This document shows, one piece after another, positions 39,076-47,853 of a DNA stretch of 64,000 nt. The notes beneath the pieces are model-generated. The model was not told the DNA's origin. It saw nothing but the letters and a program-made list of their open reading frames with translations, and did not search any database. The translations under genes were made by a program, and so were the position numbers. Within the stretch, counting starts at the first letter, position 1, and the number at the start of each line of letters is the position of its first letter. This stretch comes from Candidatus Acidiferrales bacterium (lineage in GTDB: Bacteria > Acidobacteriota > Terriglobia > Acidiferrales > UBA7541). The stretch lies in the NCBI GenBank assembly GCA_030037315.1, contig JASHRM010000048.1, forward strand, positions 748-64,747. Reading direction: 5' to 3'.

Positions 39076-40965
39076 TCAACTCGCAACCGCAACCGGCTCT
39101 TCGTGCATTCGGAGCCATTCTTCGAAGAGGACGAGGCTGAACAGGATTTTGTGGTTGTCGTTCCGTCCGGAAGCATGCTGTTCGAAGAGTTCACGAACAG
39201 GAGCGGGGCGGAGATATTGATAGATTTTCGAACTGCTATCCAAGAGCGTCTCCGCCATCTTTCCGTCAATCGTGCCCCGGAACCAGTCGTCCACGACGTT
39301 GACGCCAAAACCGCGCTTCGGTCGCTTTAGGATTATTTCTGGGAGGTAAGTCCTGCAAACCTGCCTGTGGAGCCACTTACGCGAGCCGTTCCTCACTTTC
39401 AGATTTGCAGGAAGTCTCTCAACGTACTCTACGATCTCTTTATCGACATACGGCACGCGAAGTTCGAGTCCATGAGCCATCGATAGCTTGTCCGCGTACA
39501 TCAGCAGCTCGTCAGGCAGTGTTGACCGTACTTCGAGAAATTGCAGGCCTCCGAGTTCGTCGGTTTCCGTCATCAATTCGGCCATGTCTTCCCAGCATCC
39601 CAGAATGCTATCTCCCGAGTTTGGCTCCAAAAGCCCGTCCTGGAAGAGCTCATCCACCTGCGGGCCGGGCAGCAGAGAGAGCACGTTTTGATATCGTCGC
39701 ATCCGGTCCGTTGTCGCCAGTGACTGCACGCCGCGCTTCAGCATTTCGTTTCTCGGCAACGCCGTCACGGTCGACGAAATCGGCCCGCGCATCCAAGCTG
39801 GCAACTTCGCCCAAAGCGCTCCGTAACGCACGCCGAGATGGCGCTTGTAGCCCCCGAAAAGCTCGTCGGGGCCTTGCCCCACGAGCGCAACTTTAACGTC
39901 TTGGCGCGCGCGCTGGCAGACGAAATACATCGGCACGATCGAAGACGCCGCGATCGGCTCTTCTAGTGAGGCTACGATCTTGGGTAGCGCCTCTTCAAAG
40001 ATGGCCTTTGTGATAGTTATGCTGCTGTGATTTGCTCCGAGAATCCGTGCGGTCTCAGCTGCGTCCGACAGTTCATCGTCCGCGAAACCCGATCCGTATC
40101 CTACCGTGTAGGTTGGCCATGAACTCCGATTGAGATTCATCAAGGCAAGCAGGAGTCCGGAATCAAGGCCGCCGCTCAGAAGCAGGCCCACTGGCACGTC
40201 ACTGATCAGTTGACGTTTGATCGCGGCCTTGTAGAGTTCCAGCAGCTCCTCCCGCGCGTCCTCCAGCGATCTGGCCGGCTCGAAGGGCGTTGGTTTGAAG
40301 CGATACCACCGGCTCACTTCGTATCGTCCATCCTGCACCGTGAGTTTGGTGCCGGGCGCAAGCTTGTGCACTCCCTTGAGAATTGTGTACGGGGAAGGCG
40401 TGAAGCGGTTGCGGAGAAAGAGATTGAGGGACGTCGGGTCGATTTCCGCTCTGTCCTGCATCGCGGCTCGCACGGCGCGCATCTCCGAGCCGAAATACAG
40501 CCGCCCGCTATCGATTCGGTAATAGATCAGCTTGATCCCGAACGCGTCCCGCGCGATCACCAACCGTTTCTTCCTGACGTCCCAAATGGCGAGACCAAAC
40601 ATGCCATTGAGACGGTTGAGTACGTCGTCGCCCCACTGCTTGTAGCCGTGAATGATTACTTCGGTGTCAGATTTGGTTCGAAAGACATGGCCGTATCCTT
40701 CGAGCTCTCGCCGGAGTTGCGGGAAGTTGTAGATTTCGCCGTTGAAGACAACCCAGACAGTTTCGTCCTGATCGGACATCGGCTGGTGCCCGCCCGATAA
40801 GTCGATAATCGAGAGCCGGCGAAAACCCAAGCCCAATGGTCCGGAGATGTAGAATCCGTCATCGTCAGGGCCGCGATGTGCGATGGATTGGGCCATCGCT
40901 TCCACGTCCGGTCGCCGAACCGACTCTCCGGTGCCAAAGTTATATTGTCCGCAGATTCCGCACAT
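39076..40965 (-). CDS. Asparagine synthase (glutamine-hydrolysing) family amidotransferase (exosortase-locus EpsI/amidotransferase-1-like)
   Basis: MCGICGQ N-terminal nucleophile, the canonical PP-loop LLSGGLDSGLLLAL, 629 aa. Confidence 0.9.
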   Translation of the reverse strand: MCGICGQYNFGTGESVRRPDVEAMAQSIAHRGPDDDGFYISGPLGLGFRRLSIIDLSGGHQPMSDQDETVWVVFNGEIYNFPQLRRELEGYGHVFRTKSDTEVIIHGYKQWGDDVLNRLNGMFGLAIWDVRKKRLVIARDAFGIKLIYYRIDSGRLYFGSEMRAVRAAMQDRAEIDPTSLNLFLRNRFTPSPYTILKGVHKLAPGTKLTVQDGRYEVSRWYRFKPTPFEPARSLEDAREELLELYKAAIKRQLISDVPVGLLLSGGLDSGLLLALMNLNRSSWPTYTVGYGSGFADDELSDAAETARILGANHSSITITKAIFEEALPKIVASLEEPIAASSIVPMYFVCQRARQDVKVALVGQGPDELFGGYKRHLGVRYGALWAKLPAWMRGPISSTVTALPRNEMLKRGVQSLATTDRMRRYQNVLSLLPGPQVDELFQDGLLEPNSGDSILGCWEDMAELMTETDELGGLQFLEVRSTLPDELLMYADKLSMAHGLELRVPYVDKEIVEYVERLPANLKVRNGSRKWLHRQVCRTYLPEIILKRPKRGFGVNVVDDWFRGTIDGKMAETLLDSSSKIYQYLRPAPVRELFEQHASGRNDNHKILFSLVLFEEWLRMHEEPVAVAS

Positions 40966-40972
40966 GGTGTCG

Positions 40973-42235
40973 TTAGCTTGTCACTTTCGCGTTCAACAAT
41001 AGTTCTGAACCCTCGCCATACTTGGCGCTCTGCTGCCGGGAAAGCAGCAAACACAGGCTCCGAAATATTTGCGACTGCGCCCATCGGTGCATCGGGACAT
41101 TGTCCCAGCCAACAAACAGCTCGCGGGCGCGAAAAGAACCATTGTCTCTCTGCCAGCGCGCGAAAAGATCAGCAACCACGGCTGAGAGAACTTGATCTAG
41201 TTTTTCGAACCGCCCGTCCAGCAGCACGGCGAGGTTGATGCACTCTGCGTAGTCGTAAAGCTCTCTCCGATAGACGGTCAACCGCGGCCGCTTTGAAAAC
41301 GGCCGGGGAAGGCCTTCCGTATCGACCAGATTATTCGTGTAGTATGCGATCCCTTTCTCGATTGCGCTCCACGTCTTCCGGCAATCCGTCATTTGATGGA
41401 TTTTCACGAGCGCTTTAAGCACGAAACACGTATGAAAATGGTCGACGAAATCTCGCGTTCCATCAATCGAGTAGAACCACGAGCCATCTGCGTTTTGACA
41501 AGTAAGGACGAAATTAAGGTTCCTCTTCGCTGTCTCCATATAACGCGGCTCCGAGAGTTCAATGGAGGCCTTCGTCAAAAGGAACGCCCTATACGCACTG
41601 GCGTTCAACACGCCGCAGGGATCGTCCGGCGCAGTCGTATAGCCGCAGCTTGCTGTCCCCGGCGCTATTTCCAGATCGCGGTACGCTTCATAACCATGCT
41701 TTGCGATCGACTGCATCACGCGCAACCATCCAGGATCATGGTCAATCGCGTAAACTGCCGAAAAGGCCTCATAGATATAGGGCAGCGACGTGATCAATGG
41801 CGTGCCCTCTCGAATCGTTCCTCCTCGTGTCACCCAGTCGAAAGGGTAGCCCCAGCAGTAATCATCGTTGTTTGGACAGCGGCTTTCCTGGAGCGCTTCA
41901 AGAAAATGAACAGCTCGCCTATAGTACTTCTCTTCCCCGTGCAGCCCCGCCAGAAGAGCAAATCCCATGGCGTAGTGAGCATCAGCGATCGGAAAGCGCA
42001 TCGGCTTCCAGAAAAGCCTCCGCGCCGCTGGCACGAATGCTTCGCAAAAGATCATCGGCGCCACCGCGGCCGTACCCAACAGCGGCATCTTGTAATAAAG
42101 CGCTTTGGCTTTGCGACCGACACCGCCGGCGAAAAAGCTTTGGTGATCGTAAGAAACTTCGCCGTAGCGATCGAGCCAATCATTAAAGCGCTCGATACCC
42201 GCTTGGATCTTCATAGCTTGAATCTCGTCCATCAA
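40973..42235 (-). CDS. Hypothetical protein, possibly alpha/alpha-toroid fold
   Basis: 420 aa, soluble. NADGSWFYS, DHFHTCFVLKAL and YCWGYPFDW are reminiscent of (alpha/alpha)6-barrel enzymes. No confident family. Confidence 0.4.
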   Translation of the reverse strand: MMDEIQAMKIQAGIERFNDWLDRYGEVSYDHQSFFAGGVGRKAKALYYKMPLLGTAAVAPMIFCEAFVPAARRLFWKPMRFPIADAHYAMGFALLAGLHGEEKYYRRAVHFLEALQESRCPNNDDYCWGYPFDWVTRGGTIREGTPLITSLPYIYEAFSAVYAIDHDPGWLRVMQSIAKHGYEAYRDLEIAPGTASCGYTTAPDDPCGVLNASAYRAFLLTKASIELSEPRYMETAKRNLNFVLTCQNADGSWFYSIDGTRDFVDHFHTCFVLKALVKIHQMTDCRKTWSAIEKGIAYYTNNLVDTEGLPRPFSKRPRLTVYRRELYDYAECINLAVLLDGRFEKLDQVLSAVVADLFARWQRDNGSFRARELFVGWDNVPMHRWAQSQIFRSLCLLLSRQQSAKYGEGSELLLNAKVTS

Positions 42236-42291
42236 CTCCGGTGGGTCGCTTTTGTGACTTACGACAGGCGGCGCGTGCGTTGGCTCATTTC

Positions 42292-43350
42292 TTAGTCGCG
42301 GTGCGAACCATTGCGAGCGTAGACCTCATTCCGCTCAGTGGCCAAAGACCTGTCGTAGGTTTCCTCGGCCTCGTAAACGACCACGTGGCTTCCTCGGTTC
42401 GAAAAGTTGAAAGGAACACACAGCAGGTTCCTCAGACGCGCCCGCAAGGCCTGCCGCCGATCAGGTGGCACGAAAAACAGCATGAATCCGCCGCCGCCGG
42501 CTCCAAGAAGCTTGCCACCTAATGCGCCGGCGCTTCGCCCTGCATCGTAAATCTCGTCAAGGTGACTGTTCGTGATGTTGCTTGTAAGCCCTCGCTTGAG
42601 CTGCCAGGACTCATGCAGCAGGGAACCAAATTCTTCGAGAGAGCGATTCGGCTTCGTGAGGATCGCTTCCGCTTCGTCGACCATTTGGTAGATCATCTCA
42701 AGCTCACGTTTTCGTTGGTGAGTAAGACGAATCTGCTCCTTGGCAATCTCCGAAGCGGTTCTCGAAAACCCGGTAAAGAAGAGTGCGCAGTGCTGGCGAA
42801 GTTCAGCCAGGCGGTCTGGTGAGACAATCAGCTGGCGGACATCGAAGCTGCCGTCTCTATTGAAATTGATGCGATTGAATCCGCCGAAGGCCGCACTTAT
42901 CTGATCTTGCGAACCAACGGCTTCCTTTAGCACTTCCTGCTCGACGTGAATCGCGTCCCCGGCCAGCTCATGTTTGCTGCGCATTTGGTTCTTCAAACCG
43001 TACAATCCGAGTAACAACCCAACGGTGAAGGCGGAACTCGTGCCCAAGCCAGTCCGCGCAGGCAGGTCGGCGACGTGGTGAATTTCGACACCTTCGTCAA
43101 TACCGAGATATTGAAGACAACCGCGTACAGATGGATGCTCGATCGCGCGATTATCGTCGACGTTTTCGACTTTCGAATAGGACACACGGCTGTGAAATTC
43201 GAAAAAAGGTGGTAAACGCCGGCAGGTGATGTAGCAGCACTTATCGATCGCGGTCGAGAGTACCGCTCCGCCGAACTCTCGATACCAGACTGGATAATCC
43301 GTGCCGCCGCCGAAGAATGAAATTCTCAGTGGAGTTCGAGTGATGATCAT
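42292..43350 (-). CDS. hddA: GHMP-family sugar kinase (D-glycero-alpha-D-manno-heptose-7-phosphate kinase-like)
   Basis: MIITRTPLRISFFGGGTDYP N-terminus, the GHMP motif LPARTGLGTSSAF, and GKLLGAGGGGF. Confidence 0.8.
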   Translation of the reverse strand: MIITRTPLRISFFGGGTDYPVWYREFGGAVLSTAIDKCCYITCRRLPPFFEFHSRVSYSKVENVDDNRAIEHPSVRGCLQYLGIDEGVEIHHVADLPARTGLGTSSAFTVGLLLGLYGLKNQMRSKHELAGDAIHVEQEVLKEAVGSQDQISAAFGGFNRINFNRDGSFDVRQLIVSPDRLAELRQHCALFFTGFSRTASEIAKEQIRLTHQRKRELEMIYQMVDEAEAILTKPNRSLEEFGSLLHESWQLKRGLTSNITNSHLDEIYDAGRSAGALGGKLLGAGGGGFMLFFVPPDRRQALRARLRNLLCVPFNFSNRGSHVVVYEAEETYDRSLATERNEVYARNGSHRD

Positions 43351-43365
43351 GTGCGTTTCTTTTTG

Positions 43366-43926
43366 TTAACCGCGGGTCATTACTGATGGTTTCGAGATTC
43401 TGCCGACCATTTTTTGAATCGCGTCCAGAAGCGAATGGGCAATGATATCCGCCGAGCTTTCGGATGCCTGAACGTCTGCCGCCGTAAGAAGTGCTGTCTT
43501 GCATCGTGCGTTCTTGCCAGTTAAGACATCGATGTCAGAATCGCCGACCATCCACGAGACATTCAAATCGATGTTGTGGTCGCGTGCCGCGTCCAACAAC
43601 ATTCCAGGTGCGGGTTTGCGGCAACGGCAAACCGGTGTCAGTTCGTGTGGACAGCAGTAAACCGCATCGACCCTGGCTCCATGCTGTGCGAGAAAATCGG
43701 TCATTTTTTCATGAAGCTTTGCTACTTCAGCAGCGGAAACCAGGCTTTTCGCAACGCAACGTTGGTTGGTCGCTACGATTACGCAGAAACCTGCTTGATT
43801 TAGGATGGCGATGCTTTCGAATACTCCGGGAAGCACATGAAAATCTTCCCAGCGCGTTATATAGCCGCCTTCGGGCGCCTTTCGGTTAATAACTCCGTCG
43901 CGATCTAGAAACACCGCTCGATTCAA
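43366..43926 (-). CDS. gmhB: D,D-heptose-1,7-bisphosphate phosphatase (HAD-IIIA)
   Basis: AVFLDRDGVIN, ATNQ and MVGDSDID motifs, with a Cys cluster CCPHELTPVCRCRKP (the zinc site of GmhB). Confidence 0.8.
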   Translation of the reverse strand: MNRAVFLDRDGVINRKAPEGGYITRWEDFHVLPGVFESIAILNQAGFCVIVATNQRCVAKSLVSAAEVAKLHEKMTDFLAQHGARVDAVYCCPHELTPVCRCRKPAPGMLLDAARDHNIDLNVSWMVGDSDIDVLTGKNARCKTALLTAADVQASESSADIIAHSLLDAIQKMVGRISKPSVMTRG

Positions 43927-44717
43927 AGATTCTGCCCCTGACCGCCGCCTAGTCCACGAACTGCGTGATGGAGATTCCGGCTTAACTCTTGAGCATGCGC
44001 GTAATCTTCCGGAGTCCCAATGTCGATGAACATACCTTCCTGCTCGATCGCGTACATGCCTGATTCAAGGAGACGCGGGAACAAATCTTTTTCGAGGCTC
44101 GACCTACCGTCTGGAATATGTTGCAGAGCGGCCCGGCTAAACACGTACACACCCGCGTTAATCAAACCGGGGGTTTTTGTACCGGTCTTTTCCACGAACC
44201 GGACGACTCTATTTTCTTTGTCCAGATCGAGAGTTCCGTATCGCCTGGCGTCCGGAACTCGGCAGGCAGCCATTGTAACAACACTCTTGCGCGCGTGATG
44301 AAATCGGATGAGCTTGCCAAAATCAATTTCCAAAAATGAGTCGCCGTTCATGACCAGGACATCTGGAGCTTGTCCGATGTGCTTTTCGGCGAATTTCAGT
44401 GCGCCTCCGGTACCAAGCGGCTCGTTTTCCCTAGAGTATGCGATATCGACATCCCATTTCTGCCCGTCCCTAAAATGCTCTTGAATCTGTTCGGCCAGAT
44501 GACCAGTGCTCATCACCAGGCGCCTGATTCCTTGCGCCCGCAGCTGCAGGACGAGTAGCTCAAGAAAAGGAGTGCCTCCTACGCGAGCCAGCGGTTTGGC
44601 AGTCAAAGGAACCGCGGATTGCAGCCGCGTGCCAAACCCTCCGACGAGCAGCACTGCCGGCATGGCCTTATCCACACGCCGCTGGACTGGAGCGTCAGGC
44701 CGCGACATCACGTTCAT
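43923..44717 (-). CDS. hddC: Sugar-1-phosphate nucleotidyltransferase (heptose-1-phosphate guanylyltransferase-like)
   Basis: AVLLVGGFGTRLQ...KPLARVGG signature. 4-nt overlaps on both sides with gmhB and the SDR. Confidence 0.75.
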   Translation of the reverse strand: MNVMSRPDAPVQRRVDKAMPAVLLVGGFGTRLQSAVPLTAKPLARVGGTPFLELLVLQLRAQGIRRLVMSTGHLAEQIQEHFRDGQKWDVDIAYSRENEPLGTGGALKFAEKHIGQAPDVLVMNGDSFLEIDFGKLIRFHHARKSVVTMAACRVPDARRYGTLDLDKENRVVRFVEKTGTKTPGLINAGVYVFSRAALQHIPDGRSSLEKDLFPRLLESGMYAIEQEGMFIDIGTPEDYAHAQELSRNLHHAVRGLGGGQGQNL

Positions 44718-45661
44718 GACACCCCATTCCAGTAATCCAACATCGACTTCAGGGTGTGCTCAAGGGACATCAGCGGTTTCCATCCGGTGTCCTTGCGCAT
44801 CTTTTCTGTACTGCCAAAAATGATTCGCTCGTCGGATGGACGCATCAAGCGCGCGACTTGGCGAACCTGTGCCTTCACACCCGACAACCGAATGGCGGTG
44901 TTCAGTAGCTCGCTCATTTTGTAAGTGCGGGTGGCACACAGGTTGTATGATTCGCCCCGCTTACCCTTGGCAGCCGCGAGGTAGAAGCCACGCACGGTAT
45001 CTTTCACGTCGAGAAACGCCCGGCGAGGTCTGAGATTTCCAACTTCGATGACTGGTGACTGCTTTCCTTTCCGGATGGCCACGAGTTGTCTCACGAAATC
45101 GGAGGGTGCATCGCTCGTCTTCCCGGGGCCGGTAGTGTTGAAGAGCCGCACATTAACGGCGGGAATCTTGTAGTCGAGGAAATATTCGCGTGCAAGCAAG
45201 TCCAGGCAGACTTTACTGATGCCGTAGGGGTGCAACGGTTTGAGCGATTGGTTTTCCTTCACCGGAATTGCGGATTCCGGCACATGGCCGTACTCGGCGC
45301 TCGAACATGCGGAAACCACCACGGGTCGGCGCCGCATATGTCGCACCGCTTCAAAAATATGCAGCGATCCCATGATATTGCTTTCGAACGTCGTCGTCGG
45401 ATCCGCCCAAGAAACGGTCGGGAGGCTCTGAGCCGCAAAATGAAAGATGTGGGTCGGCTGATACTCGTGAACGATTTGACTTACACGCTGCCCATTTCGT
45501 AGATCGCAGGGTACGAAACATACATTCGGCAGTTTGCCTGCGAATCTAGGCAGAGCTGCAAGATGCGATCCGATCACATGCCACCCCTTCGACTGCAGGA
45601 AAGAGACCATGTGAGATCCGATAAAGCCTTCAGCTCCTGTGACGAGTGCTCTGTTCGTCAT
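44714..45661 (-). CDS. NAD-dependent NDP-sugar epimerase/dehydratase (extended SDR)
   Basis: ALVTGAEGFIGSHMV and YGISK (YxxxK). The start is set at the ATG at 45661 (MTNRALVTG) to avoid a 34-nt overlap. The ORF-track start at 45709 remains possible. Confidence 0.8.
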   Translation of the reverse strand: MTNRALVTGAEGFIGSHMVSFLQSKGWHVIGSHLAALPRFAGKLPNVCFVPCDLRNGQRVSQIVHEYQPTHIFHFAAQSLPTVSWADPTTTFESNIMGSLHIFEAVRHMRRRPVVVSACSSAEYGHVPESAIPVKENQSLKPLHPYGISKVCLDLLAREYFLDYKIPAVNVRLFNTTGPGKTSDAPSDFVRQLVAIRKGKQSPVIEVGNLRPRRAFLDVKDTVRGFYLAAAKGKRGESYNLCATRTYKMSELLNTAIRLSGVKAQVRQVARLMRPSDERIIFGSTEKMRKDTGWKPLMSLEHTLKSMLDYWNGVS

Positions 45662-45675
45662 TCGAGGCCCCGGGC

Positions 45676-46947
45676 TCACGCCTTTGCCGAAAGAATCCCA
45701 TCTATGCAATCGAGCAAAGTTTCACGTTCACGCGTCCAAGTATGCTTGCTGTAGACCATCTGTCCCTTCTGGACAGTCTCAAAACATTCATTCGGGTGCG
45801 AAAAAGCGTATTCGATTTGTCGCGCCAAATCCCCCGCGTCGCCCGATTCGAAAAACAGAAGTGACCCGGCGTCAAAGTAGTCCGTTATTCCCGGAGTCGA
45901 CGGCGCGATCACAGGTTTGCCCAAAGATAAGTATTCAAAGATTCGGGTTGGCGTGTTGATATCCGTAAACGCGTTACGCTGATTGGGGATAACTCCCAGA
46001 TCGCAAGCGGCAATCTCATTCACGAGATCTTCGTGCCGCCTAGGTCCGAAAAAGTGAACGATGTCTTGTACATTCTTTTCTTTAGCGAATTCCATCATGC
46101 GTTCGAGAAAAGAGGTCTTGGCTCCGAAAACTCGCAATTCCGCAGCGGGAACTTTATGGCGCACGCGTGCGAGTGCATCGATTGCCAGTTCCAAGCCGTT
46201 TCGCTCAACCAGCGAACCGTGATACATGATGACGAACCGATTTTGGGCGGGCCGATTCGCGACGCCATCCAAGCTGGCTGGACAGTATGGAAAGATGCGA
46301 TCGTCGGGTGAATTCATCACGACCGCGATTTTCTCCGCGGGACAACTGCGGCTCGAGAAGATTCGCTTGCACGCAATATTAACCGTAATCGTCAAATCAG
46401 AGCGCGCGATGCTGAATTTCTCGACGCGCTTGAGCAGTTGAACATTCTTGCTGGCGTCAGGGACGTTAAAAATCGTCTTCATCAATTCAGGCATCGGATC
46501 ATGCAGATCGAGAACGACCTTGGCGCCCAGTGCTTTCGGTATCATTGCGCTCAAGACTAGAATGTCGGGCATGTTATGGACGTACACCAAGTCATAGCGG
46601 CGCACCAGAGCACGCAAGGCAAAAACGACCGATGAAATCAGAATAAAAGCGGAATAGCGGTATGCATATTGAAACTTACCACGCCGGTCATGATTGATAG
46701 GAATACGGAGAATATTGAGTCCCTTGGCCCTTTCACGGCACGGGGCGTCTCCGCTTGCCAAGCAAATGAGATCGATCGCCGCTCCTTCGCTTACAAGTGC
46801 GTCGATTGCGCGACGTGGCCGAGAGTCAAACGGATACAGAGAAAATGTGACCATCGCCACACGCTTCCCGGCTAACCGATTACCGCTGGGAGTCGAAGCG
46901 GGATGTGCCGAAGACGCCTGATCTCGACTGGCCATCATCACCGACAT
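45676..46947 (-). CDS. GT4 (GT-B fold) glycosyltransferase
   Basis: RVAMVTFSLYPFDSRPRR N-terminal half, and FTDINTPTRIFEYLSLGKPVIAPSTPGITDYF in the C-terminal half. Confidence 0.8.
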   Translation of the reverse strand: MSVMMASRDQASSAHPASTPSGNRLAGKRVAMVTFSLYPFDSRPRRAIDALVSEGAAIDLICLASGDAPCRERAKGLNILRIPINHDRRGKFQYAYRYSAFILISSVVFALRALVRRYDLVYVHNMPDILVLSAMIPKALGAKVVLDLHDPMPELMKTIFNVPDASKNVQLLKRVEKFSIARSDLTITVNIACKRIFSSRSCPAEKIAVVMNSPDDRIFPYCPASLDGVANRPAQNRFVIMYHGSLVERNGLELAIDALARVRHKVPAAELRVFGAKTSFLERMMEFAKEKNVQDIVHFFGPRRHEDLVNEIAACDLGVIPNQRNAFTDINTPTRIFEYLSLGKPVIAPSTPGITDYFDAGSLLFFESGDAGDLARQIEYAFSHPNECFETVQKGQMVYSKHTWTRERETLLDCIDGILSAKA

Positions 46948-46952
46948 GGTCG

Positions 46953-47792
46953 TTACTTGCCTTTCATCAGTGGCTGAACTGCCGCCTCAGTCGATTGGTT
47001 TGATATCAAGCCGTGACCGTTCGGCAACGAACTCTCTTTCCGCTCGCGTTCGATCTTTGCCGTATTGGAGCTCTCGATCGCCTTCAGAAGCGGCGAATCG
47101 TCGAATTTCCGGAGGATCTTTATATTGGGCATGACGCAGTGCCCGCCAATCACGCCAGGGAAGTACTTCGTGGAAGGGAAAAAGGAGATCTCCTCGTAGA
47201 AGGCGATTACATCGCTGTAGTGCAGATTCGCCCGATCGCAGTACCTTTCCACCTCTTGCGCCCAAGCGATCATCAAACCGAAGTATGTCGTCTCGGTTAG
47301 CTTTGCAACCTCTGTCGCCTCCGGAGAGGGCAATACTTTTGTCTTCATCCCCGCTCCTTGGAAATGTCGTGCGACATGCTCGCCAACTGCCAGATCTGTG
47401 GCACCGATGAACTTCGTGTACTTTGCGAGTTCTTCCTGCATTCGGACGTGTTTTCCGCGAACAGGGCTGTTGACGACAGGCGTCCCGGTGCGATCGGCAA
47501 CCGCCCGTGTCGTCCCAACTCCCACGGTGCTATTGATGACAGCCACCGCAGGCTTGAACCGAGCGATATAGCGCGCCGTCTCGCCGATGAAATCTTTGAT
47601 TTCAAACGGATAACAAACGTGCAACACGTCAACTTCTCCGACAGGTTCAGCAGGCAGCGTGATGTCGACTCCGACAACGCGATAGTGTGCAGAGAGAAGC
47701 TGTAGCAACGGTCGCCCGACTTCACCAAGTCCCACCACGACCACGCTCTTCGCTGTGTCTGTTGTAGGGAACTCACTCTCGTTTCTGGTCAT
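46953..47792 (-). CDS. Short UDP-glucose/GDP-mannose-dehydrogenase-family-like protein lacking the C-terminal nucleotide-sugar domain
   Basis: VVVVGLGEVGRPLL (Rossmann), NSTVGVGTT, EATEVAKLTETTYFGLMIAWAQEV, and VIGGHCVMPN (compare the GFGGxCxPKD catalytic Cys). It ends about 45 aa after the Cys motif, at 279 aa in total. Confidence 0.5.
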   Translation of the reverse strand: MTRNESEFPTTDTAKSVVVVGLGEVGRPLLQLLSAHYRVVGVDITLPAEPVGEVDVLHVCYPFEIKDFIGETARYIARFKPAVAVINSTVGVGTTRAVADRTGTPVVNSPVRGKHVRMQEELAKYTKFIGATDLAVGEHVARHFQGAGMKTKVLPSPEATEVAKLTETTYFGLMIAWAQEVERYCDRANLHYSDVIAFYEEISFFPSTKYFPGVIGGHCVMPNIKILRKFDDSPLLKAIESSNTAKIERERKESSLPNGHGLISNQSTEAAVQPLMKGK

Positions 47793-47853
47793 CTTATTGT
47801 CTTCCTTCCGAACAGGTTTTTCGGACGCTTACGTCAGTGAAACTTTTCGGTTC

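Noticed and set aside
39066-39308. N-terminal 81-aa extension of the CE4-like ORF (37401..39308).
   Set aside because: It overlaps the 3' end of asnB by 233 nt and is low-complexity sequence. The ATG at 39065 lies just downstream of the asnB stop.
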